Source: an uncultured archaeon (GTDB lineage: Archaea > Thermoproteota > Nitrososphaeria_A > Caldarchaeales > Wolframiiraptoraceae). From it: DNA of 64,000 nt. The notes under the pieces are model-generated. The model did no database searches. It worked only from the letters and a program-made list of their open reading frames with translations, and was not told the origin of the DNA. The stretch spans positions 32,001 through 96,000 of the forward strand of contig CALKCF010000002.1 of assembly GCA_938083505.1 (NCBI GenBank), written 5' to 3'. Both the position numbers and the translations under genes were made by a program. Below, piece by piece: positions 39,050 to 51,082 of the stretch. The number at the start of each line of letters is the position of its first letter. The first letter of the stretch is position 1.

Positions 39050-40576
39050 TTGATGAAATTTGAAGTAATTTCGACGAATTTAGAAGGTGTAAGGGTTGAT
39101 TCTCTCATTATTCAATTCTTTGAGGGTGCTGAGGTTCCAGAAGCTGTGGTTACGCTACCCGAGAGTATCAAAGAGGAGATAGAGCCCTCGATTGGGACAG
39201 GCGGCTTCAAGGCCAAGCTCGGTCAGGTGCTTCCAGTGTATCCAAAATCTGCGGACGCCATCCGCTGCTTTCTGCTATTAGGCCTGGGAAGTAGGAAAGA
39301 TTTCAGCCTAGAGGCTGTAAGGCAGGCTCACGGTTATGCGGCCATAAGAGCCAAGGAGATAGGCAGTAAGAGCATAACGGTGCCCATATTCAGCATACCT
39401 CCCTACACCGCTCCCGAGATAACTGCCAGCGTTGTCGAGGCAATAAACCTGGCTTTTTACAGGTTTGACAGGTACAAGTCAAAGGTCGAGGATGGTAAAT
39501 ATCCGGAGCTTGTCAGACTCGTGGCAGATCCGGACGTAAGGAATATGTGTGATGCAGCGGCCAATGAGGCCGCCATAGTCTCGGAGGCCGTAAAGCTTGC
39601 GAGGGACTTAACCAACATGCCAAGTAGTGATATACCGCCAAAAAAGATGGCGGAGATAGCGACCGAGGTCGGAATGGTAAGCGGTTTCTCTACAAAGGTC
39701 TTAGAGGCAGAGGTGCTTGAAAGAATGGGAATGGGAGGCATAGTGAACGTCGGGAAAGGTAGCTCCAACCCGCCGGTCTTGATAATCATGAAGTACGACG
39801 GTGGCGGCGATACTTATGTGGTCGTAGGGAAAGGTGTGGTGTTCGATAGCGGAGGTATATCCCTAAAGCCGTCGGAGAAGATGGAGGAGATGAAGTATGA
39901 CAAAGCGGGCGCAGCCGCAGTCATCGCACTCATGAAGGCGGTAGCGGAACTTAAGCTTCCCGTAAGGCTAATAGGTATAGTGCCCGCCGTCGAAAACCTG
40001 CCAAGTAGCAACGCACTTAAGCCCGGCGATATAATAAGATTCAGAAACGGAAAGACTGCGGAGATTATAAGCACGGATGCGGAGGGTAGGTTGATACTTG
40101 CGGACGCTCTTGCCTACGCATCCGAGATGCGACCAAAGGTCATAGTAGACTTGGCAACACTGACCGGTGCCTGCGTTATAGCCCTCGGAACGCATGCAAG
40201 TGGCTTATTCAGCAACAACGACGAGCTAGCTGAGGCGCTTATAAAGGCAGGAGAAAAGACTGGAGAGAGACTTTGGAGACTTCCGCTCTGGAAGGATTAC
40301 TTCGAGCAGATAAAGAGCGATGTGGCTGATATGAAGAACGTCGGCGGTAGAGCCGCAGGCGCGATAACCGCGGCAGCCTTCCTGATGAACTTTGTAGAGG
40401 GGAACATACCTTGGGCCCATATAGACATAGCTGGGACTGCATGGACCCAAGAATCGTCGCCAGAGAAGAGCTACATACCGAAAGGTGCTACAGGCGTTGG
40501 TGTTAGATTACTCGTCGAATTCCTGAAGTCGGAGATTAAACGAGTTAAGCCTTACCCATCGGATGCCAACACTTAA
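39050..40576 (+). CDS. pepA: Leucyl aminopeptidase (M17)
   Basis: VGKGVVFDSGG, MKYDKAG, STDAEGRL, DLATLTGA, WAHIDIAG. Confidence 0.95.
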   Translation: MMKFEVISTNLEGVRVDSLIIQFFEGAEVPEAVVTLPESIKEEIEPSIGTGGFKAKLGQVLPVYPKSADAIRCFLLLGLGSRKDFSLEAVRQAHGYAAIRAKEIGSKSITVPIFSIPPYTAPEITASVVEAINLAFYRFDRYKSKVEDGKYPELVRLVADPDVRNMCDAAANEAAIVSEAVKLARDLTNMPSSDIPPKKMAEIATEVGMVSGFSTKVLEAEVLERMGMGGIVNVGKGSSNPPVLIIMKYDGGGDTYVVVGKGVVFDSGGISLKPSEKMEEMKYDKAGAAAVIALMKAVAELKLPVRLIGIVPAVENLPSSNALKPGDIIRFRNGKTAEIISTDAEGRLILADALAYASEMRPKVIVDLATLTGACVIALGTHASGLFSNNDELAEALIKAGEKTGERLWRLPLWKDYFEQIKSDVADMKNVGGRAAGAITAAAFLMNFVEGNIPWAHIDIAGTAWTQESSPEKSYIPKGATGVGVRLLVEFLKSEIKRVKPYPSDANT

Positions 40577-40636
40577 ATTATGCTGGAGACCTGAGAATTT
40601 TTGCCTAATAAAAGGCGTGTTTAGTCGTCTGGACCT

Positions 40637-43402
40637 GTGTTTGTAGGTGGACTGAGGTTGCATAGGGTCGCGGTCATAGATTACGATTTCTGTCAGCCAA
40701 CCAAGTGCGGCCAGCCCTGCATATCATTCTGCCCGCCCGTGAGGAATAAGATAGAGGCCATCAAGCTCGGTGAGAAGGGATTTCCAGTAATTAACGAAGT
40801 GCTGTGTATTGGGTGCGGTATATGCCTCGACCCGAACACACCAGTGGTAACAGAGGCTGGTTTGAAGCCCATTAGAGAGGTTAAGGTAGGCGACAAAGTA
40901 CTCACACATAAAGGAAGGTTTAGGACTGTTCTCTCAAAAAGCGTCAGGCTGTATACCGGCCCCCTCTACAGAATAGAGGTACATGGTATACCGGACCCGA
41001 TACTGCTAACCGAGGATCATCCTTTACTCGTCGCTTCAAAGAACCAAGAAGCGGATGATTTTACGTTTGCCTGGAAAACCCCGCCCGAACTGAAAGAAGG
41101 CGATTACCTTTGTGCTCCAATAGTTACAAACGAAGGTTGTTTAGGGCAGCAAGAACAGCTCACTATCACTACCTCAGGAGTGCTAGCCCAATCGTTATCC
41201 TTTGAATTGACGTTCAAGCTCGGTATAATATTCGGTTATTACCTTGCCAGGGGGTCTGTAGAGCGTGAAAAAGTCGTATTTAGATTCGAAAGGGAGGGTA
41301 TGGTTAAAAAGGCAGAGGAGCTTCTAGAGAAATGCTTCGGTGTGAAAGTCATCCAGAAAGGCCCCAGATCGTTCTTTGTAAACTCGGAGCCTTTAGCCAA
41401 TCTGTTCCGCAACATTCTCGGAGGCTCGGAAGATTCTAAGAGGATACCAATGAGCTTCCTATCCGCATCCTTAGACTTCTTAAAAGGTTTCATCTTAGGA
41501 TTCATAGAGGCTGGGGATAATCGTACGAGTCCTTACATTTCCATGAATAATGCATACATCTTAAAGTTGATGGGAGCAAGGCTTAGCTTACCGTTATCAA
41601 TAAAAAAGGTCGCAAATGCTTATGCAATCTCACTCAGCGATAGGGGGAATGTATCATCAGGAGGTTACCAACTAAACATAATAAACTCAGTGAAGGTTGA
41701 GTTTGTGAAAGATTACCTAGTAATAAACTTAGAAGTCGAAGATGACGAGACATACAACGCCGTAGGGCTTATAGTTCATAACTGTGTTAAGAAGTGCCCG
41801 TTTGAAGCGATCACGATAGTTAACCTGAGCGAAGAGCTTGGTAGGGACATGGTGCACCAATACGGTGTGAATTCGTTCAGGCTTTACAGGCTTCCATACT
41901 TGGAGAAGGAAAAAGTCATCGGTATAATCGGAAAGAACGGCATAGGTAAGACCACAGCGTTGCAGATACTTGCGGGCCGTATTGTCCCGAACTTAGGCAA
42001 GTTATGCGAGGAGAAATCCCTACATGATGTTGCCAGAATGTTCAGGGGCTCACTTATACAAGATTATTTGACGAAGCTCGCCAGCGGTGATGTAAAAATT
42101 TCATACAAGCCGCAATACATCGACACGATACCAAAAGTCGTTAAAGGTAAAGTTGGCGCAATTTTGTTAAAGATTGGTCCCGAAGAGCGTGTTAACAAGC
42201 TAATAGACATGCTGGAGCTCCGCAACCTATTGGATAGGGATGTTTCTGTACTTAGCGGCGGTGAGCTCCAACGCCTTGCGATAGCGGCTTGCCTTGCAAG
42301 GGATGCTAATGCGTTCATACTAGACGAGCCGACCAGCTTCCTTGATATAAAGCAAAGGTTTAGGATAGCTTCAGTAATCAGGGAGCGCGCGCGGGAGGGC
42401 ATGGCCCTCGTATCTGACCATGACCTCGCGGTTCTTGACTATATATCGGATAAGGTTTTCGTGTTTTACGGCGAGCCAGGGGTATACGGCATCGTCGCAG
42501 GCCCTTATGGTGTTAGGGAGGGCATAAATATATTCATAGAAGGATACATACCTGACGAGAATGTAAGGTTTAGGAGTGAAAGGATATTGTTCCAGCTGAG
42601 GCCTCCAACGGAGGCTTATGAAGAGGGTTACTTAAGGCTCTACTGGCCGAGCATGACAAAAACCTATGATGTCTTTAGGCTGGAGGTCGAAGAGGGCTAT
42701 GCATATCCTGGCGAGGTGATCGGTATAGTGGGTCCAAACGGTATAGGTAAAACAACCTTCATAAAAATATTGGCGGGCATCGAGAAGGCTGATGCGGAGT
42801 TTCAGTTACCTTATAGGACGATAAGTTACAAGCCACAGTATCCAGAGATAAAGGACGAGAAAGTTGAAGTCGTTCTTAAAGAAGCTGCTGGAAGCAAGTT
42901 CAATACCGACCTTTACCAATCAGAGCTGATTAGAGCATTGGGTCTACATAAGATACTTGAAAGGAATGTTAGAGAGCTGAGTGGTGGCGAGCTCCAGAAG
43001 GTTGCAATAGCTGAGGCCCTTTCAAAGGATGCTGAAATTTACCTGATAGACGAACCGAGCGCGTACCTGGACGTCGAAGAAAGGTATACAGTCGCAAAGT
43101 TGCTGAAGAGGATAACACGCGAAAGGCAGGCCCATACATTCCTCGTTGAGCATGACCTTATGGTATTAGACTTTGCATCAAGCAGATTGATGGTTTTCTC
43201 GGGCGAGCCGGGTATCAGCGGACATGCCAGCAAACCCATGGACCTTAGGTCAGGGTTCAACGCTTTTCTAAAAGATATGGGTGTCACATTCAGGAGGGAC
43301 CAACAGACGTTCAGGCCGAGAGCGAACAAGCCCGATTCTAGATTGGACAAACAACAAAAAGCGATCGGTGAGTATTACTATCCAGTACCGACCTCGGAGT
43401 AA
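40637..43402 (+). CDS. rli: Ribosome recycling ABC ATPase ABCE1/Rli1, intein-containing precursor
   Basis: N-terminal Cys-rich 2x[4Fe-4S] domain, two ABC domains (GKNGIGKTT, LSGGELQ, GPNGIGKTT), C-terminal TFRRD...RANK...GEYYY. Start may be TTG 40658. Confidence 0.96.
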   Translation: MFVGGLRLHRVAVIDYDFCQPTKCGQPCISFCPPVRNKIEAIKLGEKGFPVINEVLCIGCGICLDPNTPVVTEAGLKPIREVKVGDKVLTHKGRFRTVLSKSVRLYTGPLYRIEVHGIPDPILLTEDHPLLVASKNQEADDFTFAWKTPPELKEGDYLCAPIVTNEGCLGQQEQLTITTSGVLAQSLSFELTFKLGIIFGYYLARGSVEREKVVFRFEREGMVKKAEELLEKCFGVKVIQKGPRSFFVNSEPLANLFRNILGGSEDSKRIPMSFLSASLDFLKGFILGFIEAGDNRTSPYISMNNAYILKLMGARLSLPLSIKKVANAYAISLSDRGNVSSGGYQLNIINSVKVEFVKDYLVINLEVEDDETYNAVGLIVHNCVKKCPFEAITIVNLSEELGRDMVHQYGVNSFRLYRLPYLEKEKVIGIIGKNGIGKTTALQILAGRIVPNLGKLCEEKSLHDVARMFRGSLIQDYLTKLASGDVKISYKPQYIDTIPKVVKGKVGAILLKIGPEERVNKLIDMLELRNLLDRDVSVLSGGELQRLAIAACLARDANAFILDEPTSFLDIKQRFRIASVIRERAREGMALVSDHDLAVLDYISDKVFVFYGEPGVYGIVAGPYGVREGINIFIEGYIPDENVRFRSERILFQLRPPTEAYEEGYLRLYWPSMTKTYDVFRLEVEEGYAYPGEVIGIVGPNGIGKTTFIKILAGIEKADAEFQLPYRTISYKPQYPEIKDEKVEVVLKEAAGSKFNTDLYQSELIRALGLHKILERNVRELSGGELQKVAIAEALSKDAEIYLIDEPSAYLDVEERYTVAKLLKRITRERQAHTFLVEHDLMVLDFASSRLMVFSGEPGISGHASKPMDLRSGFNAFLKDMGVTFRRDQQTFRPRANKPDSRLDKQQKAIGEYYYPVPTSE
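40823..41782 (+). mobile_element. Intein (320 aa) with a degenerate LAGLIDADG endonuclease domain
   Basis: Block A CLDPNT, block B TEDHPLL, blocks F/G VINLEVEDDETYNAVGLIVHN|C. Excision restores CIGCGICVKKCPF. Confidence 0.96.
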
Positions 43403-43451
43403 TTATTTTAGGATAGGAAAAATTAAATATTTTTAAGTTTAGAGCCAGAGC

Positions 43452-45744
<2,293 letters not shown>

Positions 45745-45792
45745 ACACTAGAGTTTTATAACCAGCCCCAATCTTTTTATGCGTGATAAGGT

Positions 45793-46260
45793 TTGGTAAG
45801 GCTTAGCTATGAGAATAGGTTGAAGGAACTCGGCTATTCGTTACCAGAGCCTCCCAAACCGGTCGCATCATATGTTCCGAGCATAAAAGTGGGCAAACTG
45901 CTTTTCGTGAGCGGGGTTCTACCCATAGTAAATGACAGATTGCTGTATACCGGTAAGCTCGGTAGAGAAGTCACGTTGGAGCAAGGATATGAGGCGGCTA
46001 AAGTTGCTGTATTGAACGCTCTTTCTATCGTAAAGTCTTCACTCGGCACTCTTGAAAAGGTGAATAGGGTTGTTAGGCTGGTCGGTTACGTGGCATCGGC
46101 AGAAGGTTTTAACGAGCAGCCGAAAGTCGTCAATGGTGCTTCGGACCTTCTCGTAAAAGTATTCGGTGAAAAGGGGAAGCACTCGAGGGTTGCGGTTGGT
46201 GTCATGGAACTACCAAAGGGCGCTCCGGTAGAGATCGAGATTATACTTCGGACAAAGTAG
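45793..46260 (+). CDS. RidA/YjgF-family protein
   Basis: YVP, VSG, VVNGASDLL..FG..G.HSR.AVG..LP....VEIE. Confidence 0.92.
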   Translation: MVRLSYENRLKELGYSLPEPPKPVASYVPSIKVGKLLFVSGVLPIVNDRLLYTGKLGREVTLEQGYEAAKVAVLNALSIVKSSLGTLEKVNRVVRLVGYVASAEGFNEQPKVVNGASDLLVKVFGEKGKHSRVAVGVMELPKGAPVEIEIILRTK

Positions 46261-46271
46261 GGTAGGGATAT

Positions 46272-46919
46272 ATGCCCAAACAAAAGCTAATAATTTTTGA
46301 TATAGACGGTACGTTGTATAGGAATGACGAGTACGAGAAAAACTTGCATAAGGAAATCGTAGAGTTGCTCGCAGAGAAGCTCAGCTGCAGTCCTGAAGAG
46401 GTTAGAGTTAAACTCAGAGCTTTAAGGAAAGAAACTGCAAGTATAAGCTGGTGCTTAATAAAGCTCGGGATAAACCTGAAGAAGTTTTACGAAGAGCTCG
46501 CAAAAAGAGTAAATCCATCAAAGTACATAAGAGAGACAAAGGACGTCAAAGTTTTGCTAAGAAAGCTTAAGGAGGCTGGATTCAGGCTAGCGGTACACAC
46601 GAATTCCGGCAGGGCGCTTGCTCTTAAAGTGCTCGAGGCCCTTGGGATAGATCCATTGACGTTTGACGTAATGGTCACGAGCGACGATACAGAACCGAAG
46701 CCCTCCCGTGACGGATACTTAAAGGTCCTTGAACTCGCAGACGTAACCGCTGAAGAGGCCGTGTACGTCGGCGACCGCTACGATGTTGATTTGAAGACTG
46801 CAAAGGAGCTTGGTATTAAGACGGTTATCGTGGGAAAAGGTACGATCCCAAATGACGTAGACTTTAAAGTCGAAAACATACTTGAAATCGAAAAGCTTTT
46901 CCTGAAGATGGAAGGATAA
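46272..46919 (+). CDS. HAD-superfamily hydrolase
   Basis: FDIDGTLY, TNS, KP, VGDRYDVD. Confidence 0.92.
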   Translation: MPKQKLIIFDIDGTLYRNDEYEKNLHKEIVELLAEKLSCSPEEVRVKLRALRKETASISWCLIKLGINLKKFYEELAKRVNPSKYIRETKDVKVLLRKLKEAGFRLAVHTNSGRALALKVLEALGIDPLTFDVMVTSDDTEPKPSRDGYLKVLELADVTAEEAVYVGDRYDVDLKTAKELGIKTVIVGKGTIPNDVDFKVENILEIEKLFLKMEG

Positions 46920-46990
46920 TGTTTACGTCATGCATCTTATTTAAGTATAAAAGGAAACAGACGTAGAGTAATTATTTTGGGTAAAAAAGC

Positions 46991-47590
46991 TTGGGATGTA
47001 AACTTATGGGTGCAAATTCTGACACAATACAAAGATTCGTATCAGAATTGGAAAAGGTAGGTGCAACCGCTAAGTTTCTTAGAACGCGTACAGAGGTCGT
47101 TAGATATCTCTCAGATTTCGTAATGAAGAAAGGAGCTAATCTTGTGCTCACGTGTGGTTTGGAGCACGAGTTGTCCTTCGAACTCTCTAAGGTTATAAAC
47201 TCGATGGGCATATCCTGCTTTGACATAGACGTTGTCGATAAACGTAACCTTCGCAAGCTCCTTGAGGCGGCATATATAGGTATAACGGATGCAGACTTGG
47301 CAGTTGCCGAGACAGGTTCGCTTATCATAATAAGCGAGAATGACGCAAAGAGGCTTATATCTTGTTTACCACCAATCCATGTAGCAATACTTTCAAAGGA
47401 AAACATACTCGATAACTTTTTAGAAGTTTCTGAATGGCTTAGAAAAGCGCAGAGCACTGGCAGGTATACGGTATCCATAATCACCGGACCGAGCAGGACC
47501 GCTGATATAGAGCTTGAGATCGTGATAGGCGTTCACGGACCCCACGAACTGCATGTCATAATATTGGAGGGGATGTCAGATGAAAAGTAG
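46991..47590 (+). CDS. lutC: LutC/YkgG (LUD domain) protein
   Basis: GIT.AD.AVAETGS, LPPIH, ITGPSRTADIE...GVHGP. Confidence 0.9.
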   Translation: MGCKLMGANSDTIQRFVSELEKVGATAKFLRTRTEVVRYLSDFVMKKGANLVLTCGLEHELSFELSKVINSMGISCFDIDVVDKRNLRKLLEAAYIGITDADLAVAETGSLIIISENDAKRLISCLPPIHVAILSKENILDNFLEVSEWLRKAQSTGRYTVSIITGPSRTADIELEIVIGVHGPHELHVIILEGMSDEK

Positions 47591-49706
47591 GAATATAATC
47601 GCTGAGGTTTCCGAAGCGCTGAAGAACAAGAACCAGATTGAGAATCTGAAGATCGCCATGTTATATATGAGAGACAAAAAAAATGCTGCTATGGCAGAGT
47701 ATAATGAGAAGGAATTGCTTGAGTTAAAGAGCATAAGGCAAGCATCGTTAAACTCGCTCGACGAAAACATTAAGCTACTTAAGGACAGGCTTGAGAGGAA
47801 TGGCTGTAGTTTTTACTTCGCTAAAACTGCCAAAGATGCGTGTGAGTATGTTGTAAGCTTAGCAAGGGTCAAGGGTGTTAAAAGAATCGTTAAGGCGAAG
47901 TCCATAACTACGGAAGAGATAGAACTGAACAAGCGGCTTGCGTCTGAAGGTTTTGAGGTTATAGAGACAGACTTAGGTGAATGGTTGGTTCAGTTAGCTG
48001 ACCATAAACCGTCACACCTGACTGCTCCGGCCATACATTTCTCAAGGTACGAAATAGTTAAGCTCATAGAGGACAGGTTAGGGGTCAGGCTACCGGCAGA
48101 CCCTAAAGAGATCACAAAATTTGTGCGCGCATTCCTTAGAGAGAAGTTTATCACGGCAGACATGGGAATAACGGGAGGGAACATCGTTGTCGCGGAGACT
48201 GGGAGCTTAGTGCTTGTGACGAATGAAGGAAACGGGAGACTGGTCACAGCACTTCCTCGCATTCATGTTGCTATCGTAGGGGTTGAGAAAATTGTCAGAA
48301 CCTGGGAAGATGCCGTAAAGATACTAGACGTTTTACCGAAAAGTGCCACCGGACAGAAGATGGCAACGTACATTACGATACTGAATTCAGGCTCTGAAAC
48401 ACCATTGCCGAATAATGAATTCGTTAAACGGGAGTTCCATCTAGTTTTGTTGGATAACGGAAGGCTTAACGCGCTTCAGGACAAGATTCTGTCTGATGCG
48501 TTGAAATGCATAAGGTGCTCGGCATGTTTCAATGTCTGCCCAACATATAGGGTTTTAGGAGGCCACGTCTTCGGTTACATCTACAACGGCCCAATTGGCA
48601 TACCTTGGACGTACATATCGCATGGTCTTGAAAATGCGGCAGGTTATGCATCCCTTTGCATATCTTGTGGGCTATGCCGAGAAACATGTCCACTCAGCAT
48701 AGACATACCAACAATAGCCTCCGAGATAAAGCGAAGGTACGGGGAAAGCAACGGTTATCGTTGGGTTGACAAAAGGCTCGCCGGTTATGAAAGTCTCGTG
48801 AAGCTTGCAAGCAGTGTGGCGCCCGCGTTAAACTTCTTAGCCAGCACGAGCGTGATGAGGTGGGCTTTGGAAAAATTCTTAGGCATAGATAGAAGGGTAA
48901 ACCTTCCAAAGTTCTCAAAGAAGACTTTACCTGAGTTGTTGGATAGTGTGCTCGTTCAACATATAGAAAGTGATAGAAAGGTTGCATACTTCGCTGACAG
49001 CATGGCCTACTACGTAGACGTAGATGTTGGGTTAGCAACAATTAATGTACTTCTGAAGAATCGTTTCGAGATCGTTATGCCACCTCAGAAAGGTAGCGGT
49101 ATGCCTTCGTTCCTCTATGGTCTTTTAGACGGCACAAAGAAGGTTGCGGAGTACAACGTTAAGTACATGCACGAATACGTATCTAAAGGTTACGATGTAG
49201 TTTCTGCAGAACCGACAGCAATCTACTGCTTCAGATTCGTATATCCTAAGTTGCTCGAAACAAAAGAAGCACAGGAAGTGGCAGAGAGAAGTTACGAGTT
49301 GTTTGGCTACCTTTTGAGAATGCTAGAGAGCGGTATGTTAGACCTAAGCTTTAAGCGATACAATGGTGTCAAAGCGGTCTATCATCTTCCGTGCCATTCC
49401 AAGCATTTAAGCAAGGAGAAACCCGTCTTAAAGTTTTTGGAAATTCTTGGAATGGAAATAGAGTTCGTTGATTATGGTTGCTGCGGTATGGGCGGCACAT
49501 GGGGCATGAAAAGGGGCTATGAGGGTTACGAGATAAGCAAGGTGATAGCCGAGCCGCTTGTTACAGCAATCTCTAACTCAGGCGCGGATCTCATCGTTAC
49601 AGAGTGCAGCCTCTGTAGGATGCAAATAGAACGTTTTAGTGGCAAAAAGATAGTTCACCCGGTAATATTGTTGGACAAGGCATATAAAGGTCTACCAATA
49701 CCCTGA
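47580..49706 (+). CDS. lutB: LutB-like LUD + 4Fe-4S protein fused to C-terminal CCG (LutA/GlpC-like) domains
   Basis: ETDLGE, PSHLTAPAIH, NEGNGR, CIRCSACFNVCP, CISCGLCRETCP, YHLPCH, GCCGMGG, TECSLC. Confidence 0.85.
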   Translation: MKSRNIIAEVSEALKNKNQIENLKIAMLYMRDKKNAAMAEYNEKELLELKSIRQASLNSLDENIKLLKDRLERNGCSFYFAKTAKDACEYVVSLARVKGVKRIVKAKSITTEEIELNKRLASEGFEVIETDLGEWLVQLADHKPSHLTAPAIHFSRYEIVKLIEDRLGVRLPADPKEITKFVRAFLREKFITADMGITGGNIVVAETGSLVLVTNEGNGRLVTALPRIHVAIVGVEKIVRTWEDAVKILDVLPKSATGQKMATYITILNSGSETPLPNNEFVKREFHLVLLDNGRLNALQDKILSDALKCIRCSACFNVCPTYRVLGGHVFGYIYNGPIGIPWTYISHGLENAAGYASLCISCGLCRETCPLSIDIPTIASEIKRRYGESNGYRWVDKRLAGYESLVKLASSVAPALNFLASTSVMRWALEKFLGIDRRVNLPKFSKKTLPELLDSVLVQHIESDRKVAYFADSMAYYVDVDVGLATINVLLKNRFEIVMPPQKGSGMPSFLYGLLDGTKKVAEYNVKYMHEYVSKGYDVVSAEPTAIYCFRFVYPKLLETKEAQEVAERSYELFGYLLRMLESGMLDLSFKRYNGVKAVYHLPCHSKHLSKEKPVLKFLEILGMEIEFVDYGCCGMGGTWGMKRGYEGYEISKVIAEPLVTAISNSGADLIVTECSLCRMQIERFSGKKIVHPVILLDKAYKGLPIP

Positions 49707-49726
49707 AACCATACCTGCAAAAAGGG

Positions 49727-50284
49727 TTGAGGCCAGAGTTGAGGTACGGTAGCGGCGATGATGGAACTACTGAGCTTTTAGGAGGGGTCAGAGTCCCAAA
49801 GGACGATCCAAGGGTCGAAGTTTTAGGAACACTCGACGAGCTGAATGCTATCCTAGGCCTTGCCAGAACTTTGACCGGATACCACGACGTAAAAGACGTT
49901 TTATCGCGCATACAAAGGTCGTTGTATGTTGTTGGTGTTGAGATAGCATCAGTCAACACACCAGCGTACAAAACGACCGTTAATGAAGGGATGTTAAAAG
50001 AGCTTGAAGACTTAATCGGACGTTACGAGTCCGAAGTGTACGCGACGACGGGGTTCGTAATACCTTATGGCGCTACGAGTAGCGTAGTATTGCACATAGC
50101 AAGATGTGTTGCCCGAAGACTGGAGAGGAGAGTTGTATCGCTAAAAGCGAGTTTCTACGTAAGCAAAACGCTTCTTGCATACCTGAATAGGCTTTCTACG
50201 TTCCTCTTCATCTTGGCAAGGGCAATAAACGCCAGAGGGTACGTTGAAGAAGAGGTTCTGGAGGTTAAAAACCTAATTGAATGA
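49727..50284 (+). CDS. PduO-type cob(I)alamin adenosyltransferase
   Basis: GDDGTT, K...R....GTLDELNA, ARRLERR, YLNRLS. Confidence 0.9.
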   Translation: MRPELRYGSGDDGTTELLGGVRVPKDDPRVEVLGTLDELNAILGLARTLTGYHDVKDVLSRIQRSLYVVGVEIASVNTPAYKTTVNEGMLKELEDLIGRYESEVYATTGFVIPYGATSSVVLHIARCVARRLERRVVSLKASFYVSKTLLAYLNRLSTFLFILARAINARGYVEEEVLEVKNLIE

Positions 50285-50290
50285 CGAAAC

Positions 50291-50971
50291 CTAACGACGC
50301 TCAGAATGTATGTATTTATCCGCTTCCTTCTCCAGCATATCCACCAACAGCACCGATGCCATTCCAAGCTCACGCGCCGGTAGGAATCTGTCGGAATTTG
50401 CGCTGAACGAAATATTAGCCACCGCTGGTACGTATTCCCGTTTCTCTGCCGCCCAAAGTTGACAAAGGACTCGAACCCTCGGAAGTATCTGGAAGGAGAA
50501 ACCCATGCCTCCCAATTTTTCACGTTTTCCACCCAATGCCTTACAAGCATATTCGTACGCATCCACCATATTGCCGAACTTCTTAACCAACCGTTTTAAG
50601 ACAAAATCCTCAAACTCTCTAATGTAATGGACTGCGCCAGCAACGTCTTTATAGTTTACCCATGTGGCACCTAGCGGTGTACCGTCGCCAGTTATAAGAT
50701 ATTTGAGGATTATGTATTGGATGTTTATGGGTGCAGGTTTATCGGTTAACAGGTCGACGACGCGTCCTTCTGAGACCTCAACTGAATACGTTCTATTAAG
50801 GAAAGTTATTATAAACCTACCTTTGAGGCCCGATCCACGGGGCGATATGTATGCAACAGCGCATTTTCTGGCGACCTCGCCAAGATTTCTTTGAGATAGT
50901 TCAGCAAATGCCTTTTTGGTTTCAATAGTTATTAAGTCGTCAGACATCCTAATCGTATGGTATCCTGACAT
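50291..50971 (-). CDS. DUF3786-family protein
   Basis: QYIILKYL...G.W..Y, F...LPRV......W pattern. Confidence 0.7.
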   Translation of the reverse strand: MSGYHTIRMSDDLITIETKKAFAELSQRNLGEVARKCAVAYISPRGSGLKGRFIITFLNRTYSVEVSEGRVVDLLTDKPAPINIQYIILKYLITGDGTPLGATWVNYKDVAGAVHYIREFEDFVLKRLVKKFGNMVDAYEYACKALGGKREKLGGMGFSFQILPRVRVLCQLWAAEKREYVPAVANISFSANSDRFLPARELGMASVLLVDMLEKEADKYIHSERR

Positions 50972-51082
50972 CCCGGCCGTAATCCAAAGTAATCCATGTT
51001 TCTATATGAATTTTGTCGTGGAAGAGTTTTTTAAGAAAAGTTTTAAGACATGCACCTACAGCTCATATTGTGGTGCTAACAG

